Of a stretch of DNA of 64,000 nucleotides, positions 46,764 to 55,589 are shown one piece after another (within the stretch, counting starts at the first letter, position 1; every line of letters starts with the position of its first letter). The translations under genes and the position numbers were made by a program. The notes beneath the pieces were generated by a model. The model worked only from the letters and a program-made list of their open reading frames with translations, was not told the DNA's origin and ran no database searches. This DNA comes from a bacterium (lineage in GTDB: Bacteria > JAHJDO01), in the NCBI GenBank assembly GCA_043824255.1, contig JBDRTG010000005.1, positions 1 to 64,000 on the forward strand, given 5' to 3'.

Positions 46764-48700
46764 GCTGTAACCATCTTGGCGTTCAATCGTTGTTCGCCTG
46801 CTTTTAGGATAGCCTCCAGTGTTTCTGAATAAGACATGCCCGCTATACTTGCCATCTTTGTAAGATGTCCGTCCCAGCACCAGCCTGGATTGGGATTCAC
46901 CTCAAGAAGCTTGGGATTGCCTTCTGAGTCAAGTCTCCAATCAAAACGGCAGTAATCTCTATTTTCCAGCCTTTCAAAAAGCTTTAAACACCATTCTTCA
47001 ATAAGCTTATTTGTCTCCTCCGGTAATTCAGCAGGGACGGATTTAATTTTCCAGTATGGTGAGTCTGGGAGCCACTTAGACTCGTATCCGCATATTTTTG
47101 GAAGTTCTGCTGAAATTAATGAATAATCCGCCTCAATAATAGGTAAGACTGTGTAAGATCCAGGGGAATTTCCTATTATTCCTACGCTCAAATCTTTTCC
47201 TGTAAGAAATTCCTCAACAAGAATAGGTTTATCATAGCCGAATTTCTCCCGCATTTCTGAGATTGCGTTAACAAGTTCCTCAATATTATTTGCCACACTT
47301 CTTTGGGTTATTCCAAAACTGGAATCGCCGAAGTTTGGTTTGACTATAACAGGAAATCCAAAGGGAAGTTCAAAAGCAGTGTCTTCGGGCTTGATAAAGA
47401 ATGCCGCAGGTACAGGAATATCCATTTCCTGCGCAATTCCACGTACAAGTGATTTGTCATAACAATAAGCAAGAGACTGAGGTCCAGAGCCTGTATATGG
47501 AATATCAAGCATTTCTATCAGAGAAGGGATATGAAGCTCTTTTCTGGCATCATTATTGAATCCCTCATCGCATAGGTTAAGAACCATCAGATTTTCTTTT
47601 GTTTTCAGTTTTGCCATATCATGAAGCAGAGTATCGTGATTGCTAAGATAGGTAAAGGAATAGTCTTTCAGTTCTCTTAGTGCATTTTTTAATTGATCGA
47701 TTGTATAGTAGTCATCATCGTCAAAGGAAGATAATGGCTTCAAAGGATCCGGTTTTGCTGGGTCGCCTAAGATCACAACTACATTCTTTGCTGCCTCTTT
47801 TTTCCTCTTGGAAGCTGTCCATCCTTTTCTTACTAAGGCTGTTACGATAATTCTTTTCGCCATCATTCCCAAATCCTGATTCCGTTGAGAATCAGGAGAT
47901 AGTTCACCGGGAAAGGTAATGCTGCTGAATCCTACTGTTTTTAAAAGTTCACTTATAGTTTTGCGGGTATAGAGTCTCTCTGCATAGAATTGATCCGCAA
48001 TAATGCCTTTTCCAACGTGTGTAATCAATTCTCGAGAAATTAGACGCTGTTTGTCCGTTGAGAGCGAACGTTCCCTACAAACGAAATACTTTTTATCAAT
48101 CCATTCCCATGATCTTGGTTTATACTGTTTCCTTAAATATTCCCCGTCAGTAATGTCGATGAGAAGTTTTCCCCATGGCTTTAGGACTCGAAAAATCTCT
48201 TTTAAAACTCTCATATCATCCTGAATTGTTTCAAAATAGCCAAAACTATTTCCCAAAACCATTACCACATCAAAGGTGTCTGGCGCATAGGGAAGTTTTC
48301 GGGCGTCACCTTCCTTAAATTTAATATCCAACACTTTCTTTTTCGCTCTAAATTTTGCCTTTTGAATCAGATAGTGGGAACGATCTATTCCTTCAACATA
48401 TTTAAAACCTCTCCTTGTTAATCCAACAGAATGACGTCCCTGTCCGCAACATAAATCCAGGATTTTATTATCTGGAGATAACTTTAAAATATCAGAGAAC
48501 AAATCCAATTCATGATTAGTGATATTCTTATCCTCAACTACATCACCATCTGTTTTTATATACAGGGAGTTAAAAATATTGCGCCACCAATCTGGACGCA
48601 CATGCTCTTCAAGACTTGATACGGGTCCTAATATTCTTTGATAGTATTTACTCTTTTTCCTGCTTTGCGGAGGTTTGTCATTAGACGTTCTTTCATTCAT
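46760..48700 (-). CDS. SAM methyltransferase fused to D-Ala-D-Ala-ligase-like ATP-grasp domain
   Basis: ILDLCCGQGRH, GNSFGY; PYTGS, DK, VKP..GDSS.GI, EEF, RFD.R, LEVNPNP. Confidence 0.88.
   Translation of the reverse strand: MNERTSNDKPPQSRKKSKYYQRILGPVSSLEEHVRPDWWRNIFNSLYIKTDGDVVEDKNITNHELDLFSDILKLSPDNKILDLCCGQGRHSVGLTRRGFKYVEGIDRSHYLIQKAKFRAKKKVLDIKFKEGDARKLPYAPDTFDVVMVLGNSFGYFETIQDDMRVLKEIFRVLKPWGKLLIDITDGEYLRKQYKPRSWEWIDKKYFVCRERSLSTDKQRLISRELITHVGKGIIADQFYAERLYTRKTISELLKTVGFSSITFPGELSPDSQRNQDLGMMAKRIIVTALVRKGWTASKRKKEAAKNVVVILGDPAKPDPLKPLSSFDDDDYYTIDQLKNALRELKDYSFTYLSNHDTLLHDMAKLKTKENLMVLNLCDEGFNNDARKELHIPSLIEMLDIPYTGSGPQSLAYCYDKSLVRGIAQEMDIPVPAAFFIKPEDTAFELPFGFPVIVKPNFGDSSFGITQRSVANNIEELVNAISEMREKFGYDKPILVEEFLTGKDLSVGIIGNSPGSYTVLPIIEADYSLISAELPKICGYESKWLPDSPYWKIKSVPAELPEETNKLIEEWCLKLFERLENRDYCRFDWRLDSEGNPKLLEVNPNPGWCWDGHLTKMASIAGMSYSETLEAILKAGEQRLNAKMVTA
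46781..46950. repeat. 170-bp imperfect direct repeat, copy 2
   Basis: Matches 41190-41359. Confidence 0.9.
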
Positions 48701-48737
48701 CGTTTTTTCCTCTCTATTTTGCTGCTATGTTATTGTG

Positions 48738-49661
48738 TTAATCAAAACATCTTTCCACCAAATTGTTGAGGTCAGCAGTAGCCAGGCAGATACAAGTATC
48801 ACATGCTCCGTAGTAAATTTTTACCTCACGGGTTTTTTCGTCTAAAATCACTCCGCAACAGAAAACCACATTATCCACATCGCCTACCCTTTCATAGTAT
48901 TCTCTAGGAGATAGGATAGGAGCTTTGCTCCTGGCGATTAATTTAGAAGGGTCTTTGAGGTCAAATAAAGCGGCACCCAAGCGATAGATACTGCCGCTCG
49001 CTGTCTTTTTCACTCCATGGTAAATTTCCAGCCAGCCTCTATCAGTCTCAATCGGAGGCGCGCAAGCGCCGATGCGATGGGAATCCCAATAGCCGGATCT
49101 ACTCTCTATAACACATCTGGAGTTTCCCCAATAGACTAAATCCTTGGAATAGGATATCCACATCCCTTGCTGGGCTGGACGGTCAAAGCGGACAAAACAA
49201 CCATCAATCTTTTTAGGGAAAAGAACCGCATCCTTATTATCTGGTTGTGAAATAAGGGCGATTCTTTCAAAAGTTTTGAAATCTTCTGTAGAAGCAAGAG
49301 CAATGCGTGGTCCGACATGAGAGTAAGCGGTATAAATAATGTAGTAAACATTTCCAATCCTTGTAATTCTTGGGTCTTCTATACCTCTCCTTTCATATGT
49401 CTTAAACGGCTCCTTATCACTTCGCTGCATAACCGGATTTTTGGAAATTTTAAACTTAATTCCATCCTGACTCTCTGCCAGAAAAAACCTTGACTTTCCG
49501 TCTAATCCTTCTACGCGCAGCAAAAGAAAATACTTATCCTGATAGTATGCAGCACCCGCATTAAAGACCGAATTGCTAGCCTGTGGAATATGGTTTAGGG
49601 TTATAATGGGATTCTTCTCATATCTTTTTACAACCTCCTGCTGCCATTGTTCTTTCTTCAT
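48738..49661 (-). CDS. GH130-family beta-propeller glycosidase/phosphorylase
   Basis: VFNAGA, EDPRIT, NKDAVLFP, YHGV, GDV.NVVF, YYG..D. Confidence 0.9.
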   Translation of the reverse strand: MKKEQWQQEVVKRYEKNPIITLNHIPQASNSVFNAGAAYYQDKYFLLLRVEGLDGKSRFFLAESQDGIKFKISKNPVMQRSDKEPFKTYERRGIEDPRITRIGNVYYIIYTAYSHVGPRIALASTEDFKTFERIALISQPDNKDAVLFPKKIDGCFVRFDRPAQQGMWISYSKDLVYWGNSRCVIESRSGYWDSHRIGACAPPIETDRGWLEIYHGVKKTASGSIYRLGAALFDLKDPSKLIARSKAPILSPREYYERVGDVDNVVFCCGVILDEKTREVKIYYGACDTCICLATADLNNLVERCFD

Positions 49662-49674
49662 ATATATTCTCCTT

Positions 49675-49911
49675 TTAAAAACCCTTTTTCACTTTCAATG
49701 CCTTTTCTGGACAGGCTTCTTGACACCCTCCACAGGCATCACAGAGCCTGATGTCCAGAATGGCTATCTTCTCCCTCACATCCTCTGACCAGCCCAAAGC
49801 TTTTTTAGGACACTTTTCAATACATTTGCCACAGCTATTGCATAGGCCAGGAAATAAAGTGATGACTGCTCCGTCTCCCTCATAAACCAAAGACCTTTCT
49901 TTATCTGCCAT
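49675..49911 (-). CDS. 2[4Fe-4S] ferredoxin
   Basis: CNSCGKCIEKCP and CDACGGCQEACP. Confidence 0.9.
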   Translation of the reverse strand: MADKERSLVYEGDGAVITLFPGLCNSCGKCIEKCPKKALGWSEDVREKIAILDIRLCDACGGCQEACPEKALKVKKGF

Positions 49912-49972
49912 CGTCCTCCTCTCCTTTATAGGTTAATATACCTTGCTCTCCCGCAAGGAACAGAAACCGCAC

Positions 49973-50959
49973 TCAATCGGCGGGTAGGTAGAGACTATCC
50001 CGATTCGCAATTTCTTTATCCTCCATTTCCATTAACCGGCTGGCTAAGTTGGAAACCTTCTCATCCAGCTCTTTGATTATCTTCAGTTTATCGTGAAATT
50101 CATTCATTTTATTCTCAATAATAGCTTTTCTTAATGCCCTTTTGTATCCGCAGTAGCCGCATAGAACGCCCAGCCAGAACATAAACTCTTTTTTTTCGTC
50201 GTTTACATTTATTGTCTTAAGGATATATTTCTCACATTTTTTGCCTGCTTCAGATGATGCCTTAGCTAACCAGCGCAGACTGGCATAGAAGTAGCCAGTT
50301 GCCCAGTAATAGTTGATTTCATCCGACCAGCAATCGTAGTCAGTAGTTAAAGCCTTAAAACTTCCATCACCCCTGACAATGCGGAAATTTTTAATATCAG
50401 GATCCTCAATGCCCGAACCGTAGTAAAAGTAAATGCCTTTGTCTCTTAACATGGGCAGGATTTCTTTCGTTTGTGAGATAAATGGAGCGACATGTGGAAA
50501 TTGATTAGCCAACTTGAAGAACTCCCTTAAAATGTGTGGCACTTCAAATATTTCTCCCCTTGGATAAATACAAATACTGTCCAGTAAGGCTAAATAGCCA
50601 AGAACAGCATCTATGGCAGAATAGGCCTCCTCGCCTAACAGAAGTGGAGGAAGAAACTCTCCTATATAATGGCAGATGACTGTCCTCTCCTTTTTGCAAA
50701 CTTGGAATATCTCAGGGTGAAGCATCCCTAGTTCCTTTAAAAGAGCAAATATCTCTAAGGATCTCAGGTTCCTTTCCTCATCGGGGAAAGTTGTGGAGAC
50801 AAACCTCCGAGCTTCACTCTTGAGAACGGAACAGACCACTTTTCTCTCCCAGCTGTCCTTATCATTTAACCTCGCTTCAAAAGTATATCCATACTTTTCG
50901 AGAGGGAATCTTTCTAAGAAGTCCTGACTTACATTGTAGTTTTTTAATTCCTCAAGCAT
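49973..50959 (-). CDS. Hypothetical protein, possible phosphotransferase (kinase-like) fold
   Basis: EDPDIKN...TTDYD resembles the DxxxxN / DxD catalytic pair; GGAG RBS. Confidence 0.55.
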   Translation of the reverse strand: MLEELKNYNVSQDFLERFPLEKYGYTFEARLNDKDSWERKVVCSVLKSEARRFVSTTFPDEERNLRSLEIFALLKELGMLHPEIFQVCKKERTVICHYIGEFLPPLLLGEEAYSAIDAVLGYLALLDSICIYPRGEIFEVPHILREFFKLANQFPHVAPFISQTKEILPMLRDKGIYFYYGSGIEDPDIKNFRIVRGDGSFKALTTDYDCWSDEINYYWATGYFYASLRWLAKASSEAGKKCEKYILKTINVNDEKKEFMFWLGVLCGYCGYKRALRKAIIENKMNEFHDKLKIIKELDEKVSNLASRLMEMEDKEIANRDSLYLPAD

Positions 50960-50984
50960 ACAAGCTCCTACTTAATTAAAAATT

Positions 50985-51884
50985 CTAATCTATCCCTGTT
51001 CTTTTCAAAAAATCCAAGCTTTTACTTAACTCTTTATCAGATACATTACTGCCTACTTCCACTACCTTAATAGTCTCTTTTGATAGATAGTTCCCGACTA
51101 AAGAGAAATCCACATCTCCTATGCCGGGGGCTAAGTGATCTTCCAACCCTCTAACATCGTGAAGATGAATCCCAACCATTTTCTCCCTAAAAGTCCTGAG
51201 CCAATCCTCTTGTCTGCTTAATCCCAGGTTCTCCTGAACCTGACAGTGTCCTGTATCGTGCCAATAGCAGAGGTTAAATTCTTTTACTCTATTAAATATT
51301 CCTTCCATCTCCTTCAGGCTGGGAATCTCATAGAAATTTACTCTTGGTTCTAAGCAAAACAGAGTTTCCCTATCTCTCTGGCAGAGCGTCTTTAAGCTCC
51401 TGATAACATTTTCTGCGTACTCGTAGGCGGAGAATGTCCGCATTTCCCGCAAATGCTCTGTTAACACTTGCAAATGACCCTTCTCTCTAGCCCATCTCTT
51501 CTTGAAATCTCTGTAGTCTTCTCTCAAGTCTCTATCTTCAATATATCCGGCATGGAGAATGACTGCCCTTGCTCCCAATTGCTTAGCAAACCTAGCTGTT
51601 TCCAGAGTGAGTTCAATTGTCTCCTCTCTTTTCTTCTCGTCAGCGGACGCGAGGAAATCCCCTCGCTTATTCTCAGGATCAACAGGCTTATCGGTAAATA
51701 TGTTGTGAACACTTGTTGCCTTTAAATCCAGTCTCCTCTGACAATTCAGAATATCCTTTTTAGATACTTTTACTGAGGAGAGCCCGATCTCAAATGTACC
51801 GAAGCCTATTTCTATACTTCTCTTAAAGAACCCATCTAAATTAGAAGAAAGTCCGGGCATACAGGCAGTGGAAATACCTAACAT
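50985..51884 (-). CDS. Sugar-phosphate isomerase/epimerase-like TIM-barrel protein
   Basis: SVH, LHAG, LE.R...EIP, WHDTGH, HLHD, DHLAPG.G.VDF. Confidence 0.82.
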   Translation of the reverse strand: MLGISTACMPGLSSNLDGFFKRSIEIGFGTFEIGLSSVKVSKKDILNCQRRLDLKATSVHNIFTDKPVDPENKRGDFLASADEKKREETIELTLETARFAKQLGARAVILHAGYIEDRDLREDYRDFKKRWAREKGHLQVLTEHLREMRTFSAYEYAENVIRSLKTLCQRDRETLFCLEPRVNFYEIPSLKEMEGIFNRVKEFNLCYWHDTGHCQVQENLGLSRQEDWLRTFREKMVGIHLHDVRGLEDHLAPGIGDVDFSLVGNYLSKETIKVVEVGSNVSDKELSKSLDFLKRTGID

Positions 51885-51913
51885 AAATTCTTAAACCTCC
51901 TTATCGCCAGACA

Positions 51914-51940
51914 GCGGGGTAAAGGGATTTCTCACCCCGC
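51914..51940 (-). other. Strong intergenic hairpin without U-tract (possible transcript stabiliser/attenuator)
   Basis: GCGGGGT...ACCCCGC stem between the second and third island genes. Confidence 0.5.
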
Positions 51941-51962
51941 CGACCATCACCAACCTCCTTTA

Positions 51963-52289
51963 TTAAGTTTCTTTCTCAACAGAGATAACCTTAGCTACTT
52001 TTTTGCCGTCTCTAACCACATACTCAATTTCGACACTATCACCTACGGCGATATCTTCCAGTGCCTTCACATTTTTGAGCTCTACCTTGCTGTCTATAAT
52101 GTAGGTCACATTTACTTCTTCGCCCTCGTCATTAGACTCTCTAACTACGAGTTCATTAGAAGATAAGCTCCGCACTATACCGTAAGATGACTCTAACTCC
52201 TCTTCCTCTTGAGCCAGCGATATGTTAGATGCAAAACACATCAGAAGACTCAACGCCAATCCTGCAGCTACCACTAAATGTCTATTCAT
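51963..52289 (-). CDS. Small exported acidic OB-fold-like protein
   Basis: Signal peptide ending SLA; GIVRSL...DIAVGDSVEIEY....GKKVA. Confidence 0.7.
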   Translation of the reverse strand: MNRHLVVAAGLALSLLMCFASNISLAQEEEELESSYGIVRSLSSNELVVRESNDEGEEVNVTYIIDSKVELKNVKALEDIAVGDSVEIEYVVRDGKKVAKVISVEKET

Positions 52290-52654
52290 TTTTTATCACC
52301 TCCCTTCGCATTTATCTTTTTGCCAACTTTTCTGATTTCTTTGAGCCTATTCAAATCCTGCTTAAACGTCTCTAATCCAGCAAGCCCAACTGTGACAATC
52401 CTAAGCAATTCTTTATAAGCCTTTCCCTCTGGTTTTATTAATTGATAATAAACGTTGAGCCCGTCTTTTCTATCACATACCACCCCAGTTAATCGTAGTC
52501 GAGTAAGATGCTTGGAAAGATTGGATTGATTTGATTGCAGAACTTCACCCAGTTCTGTTACATTTAATTCGTATCTGCTTAGGAGATTTATGATCCTTAG
52601 CCGAGTTTCATCGGCAAAGGACTTTAATATCTGGTCTGCCTTCTTAATTCTCAT
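52286..52654 (-). CDS. ArsR/SmtB-family transcriptional repressor
   Basis: ADETRLRIINLL, QSNLSKHL..LR..G.V, G..VYY. Confidence 0.92.
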   Translation of the reverse strand: MRIKKADQILKSFADETRLRIINLLSRYELNVTELGEVLQSNQSNLSKHLTRLRLTGVVCDRKDGLNVYYQLIKPEGKAYKELLRIVTVGLAGLETFKQDLNRLKEIRKVGKKINAKGGDKK

Positions 52655-52683
52655 CGGTAACCCTCCTATTCTATCACTATGCA

Positions 52684-52734
52684 ACTATATGACCATATGC
52701 TCATATAGTATTACAATAGAAATTATATTGTCAA
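52684..52734 (-). promoter_or_regulatory. Island promoter with ArsR-type palindromic operator
   Basis: TTGACA (52729-52734), 18 nt, TACTAT (52705-52710); near-perfect 26-bp palindrome ACTATATGACCATATGCTCATATAGT at 52684-52709. Confidence 0.8.
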
Positions 52735-52765
52735 GCCTTAATTTATTGAAATAGGGAAAAGTATA

Positions 52766-53458
52766 TTAAACAGAAGTCGTTACAGAGCCGTCTACAAGTT
52801 TAAGCATGCGCGGAGCGGTTTTAGCAAAAGTCTCATCGTGTGTTGCAATAACAATTGTAATACCCTTATCCTTATTGAGATTCCGGAGCAGGTTATAGAT
52901 TGACTCCCTGTTCTCTTTATCCAGATTACCTGTTGGTTCATCTGCAAGTATAATCTCAGGCTGATTAACCAATGCGCGAGCTATTGCAACTCTCTGCTGC
53001 TCCCCGCCTGAGAGCTGATTTGGCCTGTGTAGAGATCTCTTTTCCAAACCAATCTCTTGGACCAGTTGTTCAACAGCTCTATGTTCATGGTTCAACAACC
53101 TGTTTCTCTTATTTTTTATCATCAGAGGAAGGCTTATGTTCTCAATAACTGTTAGCTCAGAGAATAAGTGAAAAAACTGAAATATAAACCCTATTTTCCT
53201 GTTGCGAAGAGTAGATTTCTCGTCTTCGCTCATACTGCTGATGTCTGCTTCATCATACTTCAACACACCTTTTGTAGGAGAATCTAATATCCCCAGTATA
53301 TGCAAAAGTGTGCTTTTCCCTGAACCCGAGGGCCCTGTAATTGAGAGAAATTCTCCTTTGTAAATATGGATATTAACATCTTTCAACACTATGAGCTCCC
53401 GCTCTCCATCAGAGTATTCCTTATACAATCCCTTTGCCCGAACAATTGCCTTATTCAT
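52766..53458 (-). CDS. lolD: Lipoprotein-releasing ABC ATPase
   Basis: GPSGSGKST, GFIFQF, LSGGEQQR, DEPTGNLD; follows lolC/E. Confidence 0.85.
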   Translation of the reverse strand: MNKAIVRAKGLYKEYSDGERELIVLKDVNIHIYKGEFLSITGPSGSGKSTLLHILGILDSPTKGVLKYDEADISSMSEDEKSTLRNRKIGFIFQFFHLFSELTVIENISLPLMIKNKRNRLLNHEHRAVEQLVQEIGLEKRSLHRPNQLSGGEQQRVAIARALVNQPEIILADEPTGNLDKENRESIYNLLRNLNKDKGITIVIATHDETFAKTAPRMLKLVDGSVTTSV

Positions 53459-54659
53459 ATCTTAGAGCCTCTACAGGGTCAAGCTTTGAAGCCTGGCTGG
53501 ACGGGTATAAGGTTGATAAAAAACTGATTAGTATTGACGCTACACATACTGCACTGAAGTCCAAAATACGCATATCAACAGGCAATGTCCTTAAATAATA
53601 CACTTCAGGTGGTAGATGTATAAATTGGTATCTCTTCAATAACAAACAAAGCAGAACCCCACCAATACATCCTAATATTGTTCCCAGAATCCCGATTATT
53701 GTGCCTTCAAGAATAAATATCTTTCTTATGCTCCTTAAATCCGCCCCTATTGCTTTGAGTATTCCTATATCCTTTGTTTTTTCCAGAATTATCATAATAA
53801 GCGTGCTGACTATATTGAATGCAGCTACAATAATGATTAAGCCCAGTATTATAAACATTGTGATTTTCTCAAGCTTAAGCGCAAAGAAAAATGCCCTATC
53901 CAGAGTCTGCCAGTCTCTGACCAGAAAACGATACTCTAGGAGAGCTTTTATTTCCCCACTAATCTGTGGAGAAAGATAAATGTTATCCAGTTTTATCTCA
54001 ATTCTATTCACGCCTTTCAGGTTGTAGAGTTTCTTCGCTGTATCAAGAGAAACATACGCAAGTGTGTTGTCATATTCGTATATACCGCATTCAAATATTC
54101 CTACAACCTTTAATCTGGCAGTTTTTGGAATAATTACTCCTCCTGGCCCTACCTTATATTCCGGAGATATCACCGTTACTTCTTCATGCAGTCTTACACC
54201 AAGATTTCTTGCCAGTTCTTTACCAAGCACAATATTATAAGAGCCTTTATCTAATTTCATTGAGCCTTCTATTATATACTCCGAAATATCTGTCGTGTTT
54301 TTTTCCATTGCTGGATCTATTCCCTTTATCACTATCCCCATAGCATCATTATGATATTTAATCATACCTTGTCCTACTATTACAGGAGAACAGCCCAGAA
54401 CATGAGGTATATTCTTGACCTTGTCTATTATTTGAGGATATTCTTTTATCTCTGTATCAGATATAGCAATGTGGGATTTTATACCTAGCATTTTGCCTTT
54501 TAAATGCTTATCAAACCCATTCATTACAGACATAACAACAATAACAGCCATTACTCCAATAGCTATCCCGAGAACAGATATTAAGCTTATAATGGATATG
54601 AATTTTGTCTTATGATGCAGTCTCAGATACTTCAGGGCAATAAATAATTCATAGCTCAT
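53451..54659 (-). CDS. lolE: Lipoprotein-releasing ABC permease LolC/E
   Basis: SVMNGF, EK.TMF.IL..II.VAAFNI, DIGILK.IGA, DPVEALRYE. Confidence 0.88.
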   Translation of the reverse strand: MSYELFIALKYLRLHHKTKFISIISLISVLGIAIGVMAVIVVMSVMNGFDKHLKGKMLGIKSHIAISDTEIKEYPQIIDKVKNIPHVLGCSPVIVGQGMIKYHNDAMGIVIKGIDPAMEKNTTDISEYIIEGSMKLDKGSYNIVLGKELARNLGVRLHEEVTVISPEYKVGPGGVIIPKTARLKVVGIFECGIYEYDNTLAYVSLDTAKKLYNLKGVNRIEIKLDNIYLSPQISGEIKALLEYRFLVRDWQTLDRAFFFALKLEKITMFIILGLIIIVAAFNIVSTLIMIILEKTKDIGILKAIGADLRSIRKIFILEGTIIGILGTILGCIGGVLLCLLLKRYQFIHLPPEVYYLRTLPVDMRILDFSAVCVASILISFLSTLYPSSQASKLDPVEALRYE

Positions 54660-54803
54660 GATATTCACTCATACGTATTGTCAACCTATTTCGCGTTCAA
54701 GTCCGTTCTTTCTGGTATTATATTGCAAATGTAAAAGTTAACAAGAATTTATTGCTGAATCAATAAAAATTTGGTATATTTTATATTGAGAAAGCGAGAA
54801 AAT

Positions 54804-55550
54804 ATGGAAATATTCCTACTATTAATCGTAATATTTGTCTTTTTGATTCTGTTAAGTTTTATACCATGTCTAAAAAATACTTTTTCAAACTTCTTCGATT
54901 CCCGACAATTTAAAGCAATAAGATTAATTATTACAATATTTGGAATCATAAGTTTAATTCTTGGTTTATTAAATTGGTATACCAGCAAAAATCCTAAAGT
55001 GATCATCAAAGAAGCAAGCTTTCGGCTAGATATATTAAATAATTTGGCAATTCCTCCAAATGAAACAAAAGAAGATAACACACTCAACAGTGCATTAAAC
55101 AATATAATATGGCATCCTTTTGTCATGTGTTTTATGCAGGGCTGGCAGCCAGTGTTAACAGAAACAGATAACAACTACGATTTCATAGTAAAATCGTTCA
55201 CAGAAAACAAGGGTGAATTAATTAGTAAACAAAAAATTGATAATGAACTGTCACCTGGAAGATCTACGGCGAATATAACCAAGTTTTATATACCTCCAGA
55301 GGCAAACTTTAATATAACTCGTAAAGAAATCAAAGGAAGACTATGGAGTCATATAGTGATAAAGAATAAGCATATTGAGCTAAGACTAGAGATTACCACT
55401 TTAGGTGAAATATGTTACGTTAAAATATTTTATATCAAGAATGGGTTCTGGAATTATATATTATACGATTACAATGAATACGATAGGTGGTTTGAGATAA
55501 TTACTAAAAAGATTCTATTAAAACAAATAATTAATAAGAAAATAAGCTAA
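54804..55550 (+). CDS. AT-rich orphan membrane-anchored protein inserted between lysS and lolE
   Basis: 248-aa ORF with two N-terminal hydrophobic segments, opposite strand to its neighbours. Confidence 0.6.
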   Translation: MEIFLLLIVIFVFLILLSFIPCLKNTFSNFFDSRQFKAIRLIITIFGIISLILGLLNWYTSKNPKVIIKEASFRLDILNNLAIPPNETKEDNTLNSALNNIIWHPFVMCFMQGWQPVLTETDNNYDFIVKSFTENKGELISKQKIDNELSPGRSTANITKFYIPPEANFNITRKEIKGRLWSHIVIKNKHIELRLEITTLGEICYVKIFYIKNGFWNYILYDYNEYDRWFEIITKKILLKQIINKKIS

Positions 55551-55589
55551 CACTTAATGCAACAAAAAAATAAATAATCTTCTAACAAC

